Shown piece after piece: positions 54,768 through 64,000 of a DNA stretch of 64,000 nt (positions are counted from its first letter, which is position 1; every line of letters starts with the position of its first letter). The stretch is from Endomicrobiales bacterium (GTDB taxonomy: Bacteria; Elusimicrobiota; Endomicrobiia; Endomicrobiales; CAWCFT01): NCBI GenBank assembly GCA_963794945.1, contig CAWCFT010000001.1, forward strand, positions 419,884 to 483,883, written 5' to 3'. Below the pieces are notes generated by a model that was not told where the DNA came from, ran no database searches, and saw only the letters and a list, made by a program, of their open reading frames with translations. The position numbers and the translations under genes were made by a program.

Positions 54768-55784
54768 ATGGACCATACCAGGATATTGCTATCACACGGA
54801 GCAGGCGGAAGGCTGACACACGAGCTAGTTGATAAGCTTTTCAAGAAACATTTTTCTAACCCTGTACTGAACGCTCTTGATGATTCGGCAGAACTGAAAA
54901 TCAGCAACCCCGGCAGCGCGCGTCTTGCTTTCACAACCGATGGCTTCGTAGTAAACCCGATTTTTTTCCCGGGCGGCGACATAGGTAAGCTTAGCGTTTG
55001 CGGCACCGTTAATGACCTCGCGATGAAAGGCGCGGTGCCTTTATGGATATCTGTGGCCGTTATAATCGAAGAAGGCCTTGAGATATCGGTGCTGGAAAAG
55101 ATCGTAAAGTCTCTGGCGGATACAGCCCGAAAAGCCGGTGTTTCAATTGTGACCGGCGACACAAAGGTGGTTGAGAAAGGGAAAGCCGACAAGATATTCA
55201 TCACGACATCCGGTATAGGTATTATTGAAAATGGCGTAAACATCTCCGGCTCCAACGCGAAAACCGGGGATGACGTAATGGTCAACGGGACCATGGGAGA
55301 CCATGGAATATCAGTGATCGCTGCGAGAAACGATTTCAAGTTCAGTTCAAAACTAAAGAGCGACTGCGCTCCCTTGAACCACCTTGTCAGTAAAATACTT
55401 TGCGCCTCAAAAGATATCAACGTTATAAGGGACCCTACACGAGGCGGGCTTGCCACAACTCTAAACGAAATAGCAGCTTCATCAGACATCGGCATAATAC
55501 TCGATGAGAGACTCATACCTGTGAGAAAAGAGGTTAAGTCAGCATGCGCTTTGCTGGGGTTCGACCCGCTCTACGCTGCCAATGAGGGCAAGCTAATCGC
55601 CATAACACCAAATAAAGTATCGTCAAAAGTTCTAGAAGCCATGAGGGCAAATCAGCTTGGCAGGAACTCAGCGGTCATTGGGAAGGTTGTCAACTCGCCT
55701 AAAGGCGTTCGGCTTAGTACTGCAAGTGGCTCCATGCGGCCGCTTATAATGCTCGAAGGCGAGCAGCTACCGAGGATCTGTTAA
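54768..55784 (+). CDS. hypE: Hydrogenase expression/formation protein
   Basis: HG.GG, TDGFVV.PIFFPGGDIG, TGDTKVV, RDPTRGG, ANEG, C-terminal PRIC. Confidence 0.97.
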   Translation: MDHTRILLSHGAGGRLTHELVDKLFKKHFSNPVLNALDDSAELKISNPGSARLAFTTDGFVVNPIFFPGGDIGKLSVCGTVNDLAMKGAVPLWISVAVIIEEGLEISVLEKIVKSLADTARKAGVSIVTGDTKVVEKGKADKIFITTSGIGIIENGVNISGSNAKTGDDVMVNGTMGDHGISVIAARNDFKFSSKLKSDCAPLNHLVSKILCASKDINVIRDPTRGGLATTLNEIAASSDIGIILDERLIPVRKEVKSACALLGFDPLYAANEGKLIAITPNKVSSKVLEAMRANQLGRNSAVIGKVVNSPKGVRLSTASGSMRPLIMLEGEQLPRIC

Positions 55785-55787
55785 CCA

Positions 55788-56765
55788 ATGAAGGTATTAG
55801 TCACAGGCGCCAACGGATTCGTAGGAAGCCACATTGTGGAAGAACTCGCAAAGGAAGGCTTTGACGTCACCTGTATGGTCAGAAAGACCAGCGACCTTAA
55901 ATGGCTTTCAGGAGTTAAAGTTAATTTCGTTAATTGTGATATGGCAGTCACTGAAGATTTCGGAAATGCCGTAAACGGATATGACGCAGTCGTTCATTCA
56001 GCCGGAGTGTTAAGGGCAAAAGACTCCAATCAATATTACGCAATTAACCGAGACTCCACCAAGAGGCTAGCGCTGTCGGTCCTTAAACACAATCCGGATC
56101 TTAAGAGGTTTATCTACATTTCTTCTCTTGCCGCACAGGGCCCGGCCATTGGGCGGAAATGTGCCAACCCCGAACCGGGGCTCGAGAACCCTGTTTCGGA
56201 CTACGGCAAAAGCAAACTTGCGGGCGAGAGAGAACTCCGGATACTAACCGATAGGATACCCTGCACGGTATTACGTCCTGCAGCTGTCTACGGACCCCGA
56301 GATAAAGATATATTCATGTTCTTTAAACTTGTAAGTTTGGGCCTTCGGCCGAAACCCTTACGAGAACGTTTTCTTCAGCTATTGTATGTTGAGGATGCCG
56401 CCAAGGCTGTAACCGCTGCCCTCAAGTTTGAAGGCCACGGTTTTGATGTATACCCGCTGGCAGAAAAGACTGTTTACGGGTGGGAAGAACTCGGAAATAT
56501 TATAGCTGGATCTGTAAACCAGAGGACAATACCCATTCCCGTACCTAGAATCGCCTTCCAGGCCGCTGCATTGTTATCTGAATTTGCAGGTATTTTCACG
56601 AATAGACCATCGGTAATAAACAGACAGAAAGTTGATGAGATGCTGATGCCTTACTGGACCTGCGATGTATCAAAAACTGAAAAAGATTTGCAGCTGGACT
56701 TTACAAAACTTTTTTTTGGTGGTAAAATAACATATCAATGGTATAAAAGCAACAATTGGTTGTGA
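55788..56765 (+). CDS. Extended SDR (NAD-dependent epimerase/3-beta-HSD-like); candidate ceramide reductase
   Basis: VTGANGFVG, ISSLAA.GP, YGKSK, RP.AVYGPRD. Confidence 0.85.
   Translation: MKVLVTGANGFVGSHIVEELAKEGFDVTCMVRKTSDLKWLSGVKVNFVNCDMAVTEDFGNAVNGYDAVVHSAGVLRAKDSNQYYAINRDSTKRLALSVLKHNPDLKRFIYISSLAAQGPAIGRKCANPEPGLENPVSDYGKSKLAGERELRILTDRIPCTVLRPAAVYGPRDKDIFMFFKLVSLGLRPKPLRERFLQLLYVEDAAKAVTAALKFEGHGFDVYPLAEKTVYGWEELGNIIAGSVNQRTIPIPVPRIAFQAAALLSEFAGIFTNRPSVINRQKVDEMLMPYWTCDVSKTEKDLQLDFTKLFFGGKITYQWYKSNNWL
56700..56728 (+). promoter_or_regulatory. Putative sigma70 promoter inside the SDR 3' end
   Basis: TTTACA-17nt-TAAAAT with TG-n extension. Confidence 0.45.
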
Positions 56766-56811
56766 ATATCCTTTTTAACGGTTTAGATTTTCGATGCGGA
56801 GGGACGAGTTA

Positions 56812-58119
56812 ATGCACAACGATATTTTCAACAAGTGTGTAAAGTTCACAAGCGCCAGAGAGATAATGGCGGCAGGTGTTTATCCCTACTTTAAAAAAAT
56901 TGAATCGGCGCAGGGGCCGGAGGTTGTAATAGAGGGGAAAAAGAAAGTAGTAATATGTTCAAATAACTATCTGGGACTTGCAAACCATCCGAAAGTCAAA
57001 GAAGCTAGCAACGAAGCCGTCCGCAAATACGGCACTTCCTGCACGGGTTCACGTTTTCTCAACGGCACCAATGACCTGCACGAAAAGGTTGAACGTAAAT
57101 TCGCCCGTTTCGTGGGAAAAGAATCGGCAATACTTTTTACCACAGGCCACCACTCTAACCTCGGAGCCATATCTACCCTCGTGGGTAAAACGGACATCGT
57201 TCTTACCGATAAGCTTGACCACGCTTCAATCATAGACGGCTGCCGCCTCTCCATGGGTGAAATGGTCAGGTTCCGCCACAATGACATGGGCGACCTTGAA
57301 CGCCAGCTTATACGCTACCAGGATAAGGGCAAGCTGATAGTTGTTGACGGCGTCTTCAGCATGGAAGGTGACATAACGAATCTTCCCGAGATCGTTAAAC
57401 TCGCAAAGAACTACGGCGCAAGAGTGATGGTAGATGAGGCTCATTCGCTTGGTGTCCTTGGGGACACAGGCAGAGGGACAGGAGAACATTTCGGCCTGGA
57501 AACCGACGTTGATGTGGTCATGGCTACAGCATCAAAATCGCTGGCCTCGATAGGCGGTTTCATCGCCGGAAGGGAAGAAGTCGTCCATTACGTTAAACAT
57601 CTTTCGCGTTCCCTAATATTTACAGCGAGCCTTCCTCCCGCCTGTGTAGGCGCTATAGACGCTGCGCTCGATATAATAGAAAAGGAACCTGAAAGAAGGC
57701 ACAGGCTGTGGGAGAACACTAGAAAGATGAAAGACGGCTTCGAAGCGCTTGGTTTCAATACTAGGACCAGTGAATCGCCTATAATTCCCATAACCGTTGG
57801 CGAAGACATGAAAGCGTTTCAGATGTGCCGCATACTTTTTGATGAAGGCGTGTTCACATCGCCTGTAGTAAGCCCTGCGGTGCCGGAAGGCCAGGCGATA
57901 ATACGGACCAGCTATATGGCAACCCACACCGACAGCCAGCTCGATTTTGTCCTCGACACCTTTGAGAGGGTCGGCAAGCAGCTGGGCATTATTCCAGGTG
58001 GGACAAGCCGCTCAAAACCCAGGCCTGAACCAAAGTGGAAGTTCGCTTTTTCCAGGGAACAGATGGTAGCAGCATCCAAACGGTGGGTAAAAAACCTATG
58101 GAATTTCAATAATAATTAA
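56812..58119 (+). CDS. PLP-dependent alpha-oxoamine synthase, most like bacterial serine palmitoyltransferase
   Basis: GVYPYF..IES, SNNYLGL, GSRFLNGT, HASIIDG, DGVFSMEGD, DEAH, T.SKSLASIGG, IR.S.MATH. Confidence 0.8.
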   Translation: MHNDIFNKCVKFTSAREIMAAGVYPYFKKIESAQGPEVVIEGKKKVVICSNNYLGLANHPKVKEASNEAVRKYGTSCTGSRFLNGTNDLHEKVERKFARFVGKESAILFTTGHHSNLGAISTLVGKTDIVLTDKLDHASIIDGCRLSMGEMVRFRHNDMGDLERQLIRYQDKGKLIVVDGVFSMEGDITNLPEIVKLAKNYGARVMVDEAHSLGVLGDTGRGTGEHFGLETDVDVVMATASKSLASIGGFIAGREEVVHYVKHLSRSLIFTASLPPACVGAIDAALDIIEKEPERRHRLWENTRKMKDGFEALGFNTRTSESPIIPITVGEDMKAFQMCRILFDEGVFTSPVVSPAVPEGQAIIRTSYMATHTDSQLDFVLDTFERVGKQLGIIPGGTSRSKPRPEPKWKFAFSREQMVAASKRWVKNLWNFNNN

Positions 58120-58201
58120 CAGTATGATCGGGAATATTTTATAGATTGTTTGACCATTAAAATCTTCCGCACAGAAACTAGCGGAATAATAGGAGAAATT
58201 T

Positions 58202-58588
58202 ATGGCAGTAAAAAAAGTGAAGAAAGTGGCTGAAGTGCAAGCAGCAACAGCAGTCGCAGAACCGAAGAAGCCAGCGAAAAAAGCTAAAAAGGCGGCAACA
58301 GTGAAGACTCCTGTTGATCAAAAATCTTACGTGGTAGTAGACCACCCTCAGGAAGGCGAGATAATCTCTGGGCTGCATTATGCGATACGTATAGGAGCGT
58401 CGGATAACGGTTCGGTAGAGATAGCTTTTGATTGCGGCGAGTGGCAGCCCTGCAGAGCATCCGCCGGGTATTGGTGGTTTGATTGGGGATATTTTACACC
58501 CGGAATCCACAAAATAGCGGTGCGTTTGCGCGATGCCGAAGGCGGAACTATCAAAAAAACTCCTGCTGTGAAATGCGAAGTCAAATAA
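58202..58588 (+). CDS. Hypothetical protein: Lys/Ala-rich N-terminal tail plus Ig-like beta domain
   Basis: AGGAG RBS; KKPAKKAKKAA tail; Trp-rich beta domain (GEWQPC....GYWWFDW). Confidence 0.7.
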   Translation: MAVKKVKKVAEVQAATAVAEPKKPAKKAKKAATVKTPVDQKSYVVVDHPQEGEIISGLHYAIRIGASDNGSVEIAFDCGEWQPCRASAGYWWFDWGYFTPGIHKIAVRLRDAEGGTIKKTPAVKCEVK

Positions 58589-58654
58589 AAACCGTCTATA
58601 AATCTTTATTATATCACCGCACTTGCTATTTATAAGGTGCAAAAAGGGAGAGTT

Positions 58655-58870
58655 ATGGAGTTAACGCCAGGTGAAAGGGAACAGATTTATCAGCAAGAAA
58701 AAGCCCTAAGGAGCGGCTCTAAAGGGAACTCAATCGAGATAATACTCGTGGCCGCAGCAGCGGTCTTGGGATTCGCTGGGTTTTTAATGCTTATCCAGAA
58801 ACCCAACCGCAGCGTCAAGATAGAAGATCTGCGCAAGGCTTATGATGGCTTGAGTCCTGAAGAAGAGTAA
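58655..58870 (+). CDS. Small single-pass membrane protein of unknown function
   Basis: GGGAG RBS; ER.QIY..EK N-terminus, one hydrophobic helix. Confidence 0.6.
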   Translation: MELTPGEREQIYQQEKALRSGSKGNSIEIILVAAAAVLGFAGFLMLIQKPNRSVKIEDLRKAYDGLSPEEE

Positions 58871-58909
58871 ATAACCCGGCTTTAATGAGTCGGCGCCAAA
58901 GGATGATTA

Positions 58910-61900
58910 ATGTATTTAAAGAGAGTTGAAATGTGCGGTTTCAAATCGTTCGCCGACAGGACCAGGCTTGATTTTGAGCCTGGTATTTCTGCGATTGTAG
59001 GGCCCAACGGCTGCGGCAAATCAAATATTTCAGATTCCATACGCTGGTGCCTTGGAGAACAAAGCGCGCGTTCCATGCGCAGCCACCAGATGCTTGACGT
59101 AATATTCGGCGGGTCGCATTCCCGCCAGACAACGGGCATGGCTGAAGTATCGCTTACATTTGATAATTCAAAGAACATACTCCCTATAGATTATTCAGAG
59201 ATAACCGTTACCCGCAGGCTATTCCGCAGCGGCGAGAGTGAGTTCTACATAAACAAAGCTCAGTGCAGGCTCAAAGACATCCGAGACCTGTTCCTTGACA
59301 CCGGCATCGGCTCGGAAGGTTACGCTATTATAGAACAGGGGAAAGTTGAGTTCATATTATCGGCAAAACCCGAACAGAAGAGAGAGATGTTCGAAGAGGC
59401 TGCCGGTGTATCTAAATACAAAGCCCGCAGAGAAGAGACTTTAAGAAAACTTGAGAAAGTGGATATCGACCTCAACCGCATATCCGACATGCTCACACTT
59501 TTGAAAGAACAAATTACCTCCCTTGATATCGCGGCAAGGAAAGCCAGGCAATACCAAAAATACCAGGAAAACCTCAAGAAGATGGAAGTGGCAGCAATAA
59601 TCAGCGGAATAACACACGCGCGCGAAGATACCGGACGCATAAAAAAAGAGTTGGACCCGAAATCTAGCGAGTACGAGATCCAGAACACAGCACTTAATCA
59701 GCTTGAAGCGGAGATCGCTCAGCTGCGCGTGTTCCAGGTAGAAAAAGACGAACTCTATATCAAACAGCAGGAAGAGCTCTCCCAGGTAAAATCCGGAATA
59801 AACCTTTCCGATGAACGCATAAGCCAGGCCTCGCAGAGAGAGGTAGAACTAAAAGAACGGCAGGAATCACTTGGTGTAGAGATAGAAGAAGGGAAAAACA
59901 GGATACTTGAGCTTACAACTGAATCCGAGTCTATAAAGTCGCTGAGAGATAAACTTTCCATAGAAGTTAAAAGGCTTGAAAATGACTACATGGAGAAAGA
60001 GGCCAGCATACAGGCTCTCAGGAACAAAATAGACGGTACTCTTAAAACAGTTAGCGAGCTTAAAGCTAGGCTCTTTGACATCAACCAGGAAAGGACAAAG
60101 TGTCACAACGAGATCAACAGGCTGCTTTCAAAACAGGCCCACTGCCAAGCGACAGTTCTATCCCTCAACAAAGAACTTGCCCGCCTCAACGAGCAATACT
60201 CTCCTCTTAAGGAAGAGATAAATTCAAAGAGCAGCAACTCCTCATCGCTTGACGCCGCTATAAACGATCTGACACTAAAGAAGAGTGCCCTCGATAACGA
60301 AATTACCGACATTGAACACCGCAAGGCCGACCTTGAAGAAAAGATCGTAAGCCTTAAAGAGAGCATTGCATCGTTGCAGTCCAAACACATGACGCTCATT
60401 GAATGGGAAGAAAAAGACCCCGCAAGGCACGCCATACGCGCTGTCATGTCTCTCAACCTTCCGGGCATCAAAGGGCCAGTAAGCGCTCTTATCCGCATAG
60501 ATCCGGGCATGGAAGATACCGTCGCCTCGGCACTGGGCGAAAAACTTAACTACATCGTGACCGACACCATAGATACCGCACAGACAGCCATAAATTACCT
60601 TAAAGAGAATAACTCTGGGCGAGCAGTATTCATCATTCTCGATAGGCTCGAACACACCGGCGGTTTCACTCCTATCGCGAAACCTCAGGACGCGAGAGAG
60701 CTTATCTCTCTCGTACAGTTCGACCCCGAATTTGAAAAAGCCGTCAAGTTCATTTGCGGAGAAACTCTAGTAAGCGAAAATGGGTTTTACAGCTTCTGCG
60801 TAATCCAGGGCGGCAGCAGGGTAAGCATTGATAAACCCGTGCTGATAGAAGAACATCTCAGAACGATAAACTCTGATATCGATAAGACCCGAGCGGAGCT
60901 GGAAACCTCAATAGCGGCAATCAAAGGCCTCAATACCCTTTACGCGGAAAAAAGCGATAGCAAAAAGTCAATCGACGCTGACCTGCAACAGAAAATGATA
61001 GAATCATCGTGGATCAAAAAAGATATTTCGTCCGTTAGCGAAGAAGTGACTTTCCTTGAAAAAGAACTCGCTCTAAACAAGAGCGATATAGAAGCACAAA
61101 CCGCCGAAGAGAACACAATTAAAGAAGAACTCTCAAGGTTTTACGAAACTCTCGCTAACTTTCAGAAAGAAGAAGAAGATGCCGACTCGTCACTTAAGGA
61201 CTCCGAGAACGAGATTACCGGATACCGCAACCTTGAAGCAGAACAAGCACCGTTGCTTACCGAAGCCAAGGTCGCCTGGGCAACACAAGCTAACGAACTT
61301 GCTGGCCGGGAAAGGGAAGAACAGAAACTTGCAGATGATATCTCAGCACTCAACGCTTCTCAGGAACAGTCTACCTATGAACTGACATCAATTGAAACAA
61401 AGATACTTGACCAGCGCGCCATACAGAAAACAGAAAGTGAGAACCTGCAGAATTTTCAGGCAGCGCTTACAAGGAAGGAAACGGAAGTCCAGGCAGCAAT
61501 AAACGAACGCCAGGAACTGATGAACGACCTTGATAGCAAGAACTCTTCCATTCATGAACTGCGTCAGAACGGTTGAAACACTGAAAATTGACATACACAA
61601 TCTCCAGATAGAACAGCGCAGTTTCGAGCTTCAGGGACAGGGAATGGAACAACGCCTGAAGGACAGTTTCTCGCTGGAGTTTGAGAACGTAAAGGCTGAA
61701 TATGCTTCGGAAGCGTTCAGCGAAGAAGAGATATCAAGGCTCAAGCGAAAAATAGAGTCACTTGGCGCTGTAAACCTGACCGCACCGGAAGAATATACGA
61801 GCCTCGAAGAGCGTTACAATTTCTTGCTTACACAACAACAGGATCTTCTCAAGGCGAAGGAAGACCTCCACCAGGTCATAACTAAAATCAATGAGAACAC

Positions 61901-62379
61901 ACGCGAGAACTTTAAGAAATCTTTCGACCAGATAAGAGAGAATTTTATTAACATATATCACCAGCTGTTCGAAGGCGGAGAAGCGAGACCTGGTACTGAC
62001 GGATGAAAACAACCTTCTAGAGACCGGAGTCGAAATCTATGCCCAGCCGCCCGGAAAAAAACTACAGAACATAGCGCTTCTCTCGGGTGGAGAAAAAGCA
62101 CTGACGGCCATCGCGCTTCTGTTCGCATTTTTCATGGTTAAGTCCTCGCCGTTCTGTATACTTGACGAAGTTGACGCGCCGCTCGATGATGCCAACGTTG
62201 GGCGGTACCTTGCAATGATCAGGGAATTCTCATCAAGGTCCCAGTTCCTGATGATAACGCACAACAAACGCTCAATGGAAATGGCTGACGTGCTTTATGG
62301 TATAACAATGGAAGAGTTGGGCGTTTCCAAGATCATATCGGTCAAGCTTAAAAAGGAAAATCTGCTAGCCTCCGCATGA
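58910..62379 (+). CDS. smc: Chromosome segregation protein SMC; frameshifts near 61567 and 61985
   Basis: [18 protein letters not shown], hinge, LG.VN, PPGKK...[20 protein letters not shown]. Confidence 0.95.
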
Positions 62380-63126
62380 CGCGGGTTGAACTTATGGCCC
62401 GAACAAACCTAGGACCTGTAAGTCTTGATATTTGCGATATAAAGACGATTCTTGATAAAATCGAAGAATTCATCGTATCCCGCACTCCCTCTCAAGTAGT
62501 TACCCTGAACTCGCTCATGTTCAACATCGCACTCCGCGACGCGCCATTGCGCAGGGTTATCTCAGAAGCCGCTCTTATTATTCCGGAGTCATCAGGTATA
62601 ATATGGGCTACGAGATTTCTCAACATACCATTAGCGACGCGCGTTCCGGGGATAGACCTTCTTAGCCGCATATGTGAGGTATGTTCTACACGCTGTTCCG
62701 GAATATTTCTACTGGGGGCTGAACCCGGCGTAGCGGAAACTGCGGCTTCCAACCTGTTAAAATTATACCCAGGCCTTAAAATCTGCGGCACGCATAACGG
62801 CTACTTTGAGGTCAGCGAAGAAGAAGGGATAACGAAACTAATAGCTGAGAGTGCGCCCGATATTTTGTTCGTAGGCCTTGAGATGCCCAAGCAGGAATTT
62901 TGGATAGCCAGAAACCTTACGAAACTAAATGTGCCGGTGGTTATGGGCGTGGGCGGAAGCTTTGACGTTATATCCGGAAGGCTGAAAAGGGCACCTATGT
63001 TGTTCAGGCGTTTACACCTCGAATGGTTTTTTCGTTTCCTGCAACAACCATGGCGTATAAAAAGGCTGGCAGAACCTGCCGGCTTTCGTTATAAGCATTC
63101 TGCGCATCAGGCTGGGTTCATTGTAA
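62376..63126 (+). CDS. WecB/TagA/CpsF family glycosyltransferase; frameshift near 63072
   Basis: [33 protein letters not shown]...RAP, LEW..R...P.R. Confidence 0.92.
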
Positions 63127-63159
63127 TCATTAATTTAACTGTTTAGCGGCGGGATTTGC

Positions 63160-63882
63160 ATGCTTTACGGAATCTTTTCTGATATCCATTCTAATCTAGA
63201 AGCGCTGAACATCGTTTTGAGATATTTTGACAACAAGCAAGTTGACCGTTATATATGCGCCGGGGACGTGGTTGGTTACGGGCCGGACCCGAATGAATGT
63301 GTAAGGATAGTTAAAGGCATATCGCCGCTCTCTATATGCGTGGGCAACCACGACCGCGCCGCGTGCGGGCTTAAAGACATGACGTGGTTCAATGATTACG
63401 CGCGGCAATCGCTTGTCTGGACTTCAAGGGTTCTGACCGAGGTTAACAATATATATCTATCCGAACTGCCTAAATCTGTTCTGATTGACGAATTTATGGT
63501 TGTGCACGGCTCACCGCGCGACCCTGTTGATGAGTACCTTATGGCGCACAGACAGTTCGAGGAGATCATCCCTCAGTTAAAGAAGCATATAGTTGTAGTC
63601 GGGCACACGCACATACCAACCATTTTCGGACATGAGTCGGCCTTCACGCTAAAAGATGCTTCACCGGTCAGGCTGGAAATTAGCAATAATTATTTGATCA
63701 ATCCTGGATCGGTCGGCCAGCCGAGAGACGGCAACAACAAGGCTTCATGCGCTTTGTTCAATACCGAGACCAGGGAACTTGAACTTATCAGGCTCGAGTA
63801 CGATATCACAAAGACACAGAGCAAGATGCGCGCTCTAAAACTTCCTCCTTACCTTATCGAGCGACTGAGCTGGGGAAATTAG
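63160..63882 (+). CDS. Metallophosphoesterase (calcineurin-like)
   Basis: SDIHSN, GDVVGYG, GNHD, VHGSP, GHTH, NPGSVGQPRD. Confidence 0.93.
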   Translation: MLYGIFSDIHSNLEALNIVLRYFDNKQVDRYICAGDVVGYGPDPNECVRIVKGISPLSICVGNHDRAACGLKDMTWFNDYARQSLVWTSRVLTEVNNIYLSELPKSVLIDEFMVVHGSPRDPVDEYLMAHRQFEEIIPQLKKHIVVVGHTHIPTIFGHESAFTLKDASPVRLEISNNYLINPGSVGQPRDGNNKASCALFNTETRELELIRLEYDITKTQSKMRALKLPPYLIERLSWGN

Positions 63883-63894
63883 GAAATATCAATT

Positions 63895-64000
63895 ATGAAA
63901 ACAAAAGTCAGTATCATCAAGTGCGGTTCTTACGAAACAAACGAAATAGACACTTCGGTAAGGCGTGCGATAGACCTTATCGGCGGCATAAATACTTTTC
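63895..64000 (+). CDS. DUF362-like protein, N-terminus (3'-truncated by the window)
   Basis: MKTKVSIIKC.SY.......VRRAIDLIGGI..F. Confidence 0.6.
   Translation, partial: MKTKVSIIKCGSYETNEIDTSVRRAIDLIGGINTF

Overview
A bacterial chromosomal window in which all ~65 supportable genes lie on the + strand. The gene content points to an anaerobe; an Elusimicrobiota-like affiliation is only my impression and is untested. In order: (1) 1-15.5 kb, a surface-glycan cluster (DegT aminotransferase, GT2/GT4/GT-C transferases, WecA-like initiator, B12 radical SAM enzyme, carbamoyltransferase + SxtJ-like protein, methyltransferase). (2) 15.5-19.2 kb, an accessory patch with a MITE-like element, an orphan ParB carrying an in-frame palindromic insertion and flanked by three 25-bp repeats, and a tRNA-3'-like fragment. 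(3) 19.4-32.5 kb, icd-like, ndk, ackA, yceD, rpmF, plsX, fabHDG, acpP, fabF, rnc, running into acyl-CoA dehydrogenase + EtfB + ferredoxin-fused EtfA. (4) 32.6-44.3 kb, a 16-gene membrane-bound group 4 [NiFe]-hydrogenase/Mrp operon headed by an AsrA/AsrB-like (sulfhydrogenase beta/gamma-like) NAD(P)H module; this is the best candidate for an uncharacterised system. (5) 44.3-55.8 kb, hypA/F/C/D/E interleaved with GNAT, LOG, YciH, RNase R, ABC-F and a histidine kinase. (6) 55.8-64 kb, an SDR + serine-palmitoyltransferase-like pair, two small unknown proteins, smc, a TagA/WecG-type GT, a metallophosphoesterase and the start of a DUF362-like gene. Many genes, including essential ones, are frameshifted, most likely through long-read errors. 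About ten of these breaks can be repaired to the same pentamer (CAGAC/GTCTG), which hints at a DNA-modification motif. No rRNA, intact tRNA or CRISPR array was seen. All family assignments come from motif recognition by eye, not database searches.
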